Of a stretch of DNA of 64,000 nt, positions 63,396 to 64,000 are shown in pieces. The first letter of the stretch is position 1. Every line of letters begins with the position of its first letter. This DNA comes from Mobula hypostoma (Eukaryota): contig NC_086107.1 in NCBI RefSeq assembly GCF_963921235.1, forward strand, positions 101,744,001 to 101,808,000. Reading direction: 5' to 3'. Position numbers and translations under genes: made by a program. Below the pieces are notes generated by a model. That model was not told the DNA's origin and did no database searches. It was given only the letters and a program-made list of their open reading frames with translations.

Positions 63396-64000
63396 TACCC
63401 TTCCACCCTCAGCATCTATGGGCAAGCAAATTCTGAATCCAAACTAGCAATTTACTGCCAATCCAATGCATGATACTCATATGGTTCTGCCTACCATAAG
63501 GGACCTTGTCAAGTGTCTTACTGAGGTCCATGTTGGCGTTATCTACTGCCCTACGCATTCATCGCCTCCTCAAAAACTGAATCAGATGTGTAAGACCTGA
63601 CCTGCCATGCACAAAGCTATGCTCACTGGTACAATTCCCAAATCCTGTTTTCCAAATGCTTTTAAGTCCTTTCTCAAGAAATTGTCTCCAATGGCTTCCC
63701 TATGATGGAAGTAGGGCTCACAGGCCTATAATTTCTTAGATTATCCCTATTTTCCTTCCTGAACAAAGGAACAACAACATTGGCTACTCTCCAGTTGTCC
63801 AGTACCTCACTTGGTTCTAACAAGGATACAAAAGTCTTTGTCAACATTCCAGCAATTTACTCTCTTGCCTCTTTCAATAACCTGTGATTTATCTAGTTGG
63901 GGTCTGAGGGTTTATCCACCTTAATGCTCTTCAAAAGATGAAGCAGCACTTCCTTCTCGATCTTACAATTCCCCACACTGCTCTCACTATCCTCTATGTA

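Larger units (their letters stand above)
61096..64000 (-). mobile_element. CR1 fragments (EN/RT) with an inserted SINE
   Basis: YYRPPNT, VMGDFNFPNI, PEDWRVANVVPLFKKG, NYRTVSLTSVVGKLLE. Confidence 0.88.

Noticed and set aside
42044..64000. SNU13 coding exons
   Set aside because: No sequence encoding the SNU13 peptide (VNPKAYPLAD...) was seen.

Overview
Repeat-dominated vertebrate genomic DNA. The repeat repertoire (CR1 LINEs, HE1/V-SINE-like SINEs, Penelope termini, Rex1/Babar, Tc1, hAT) suggests a cartilaginous fish, probably a ray; this is inference. The only host gene I can reconstruct is the 5' part of MEI1 on the minus strand. It has seven coding exons with canonical GT-AG sites and consistent phases (40575-40736, 34901-35024, 33578-33628, 16399-16472, 13926-14031, 11624-11827, 8494-8610), starts from a CpG island at about 41.6-42.0 kb, and continues off the left edge. 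Three observations stand out. (1) Many short Penelope-derived insertions with 9-16 bp TSDs; several carry minimal hammerhead-ribozyme motifs, and one forms a perfect 97-bp inverted repeat. (2) A Gypsy LTR element in MEI1 intron 3 whose RT/RNaseH/integrase core is replaced by an intronless RBM25 segment, which looks like LTR-mediated gene capture. (3) Small regulatory oddities at MEI1: a candidate spliced uORF ending directly at the ATG, a duplicated branch point, and a possible divergent transcript. All family and gene assignments come from visual recognition and recall; no searches were run.
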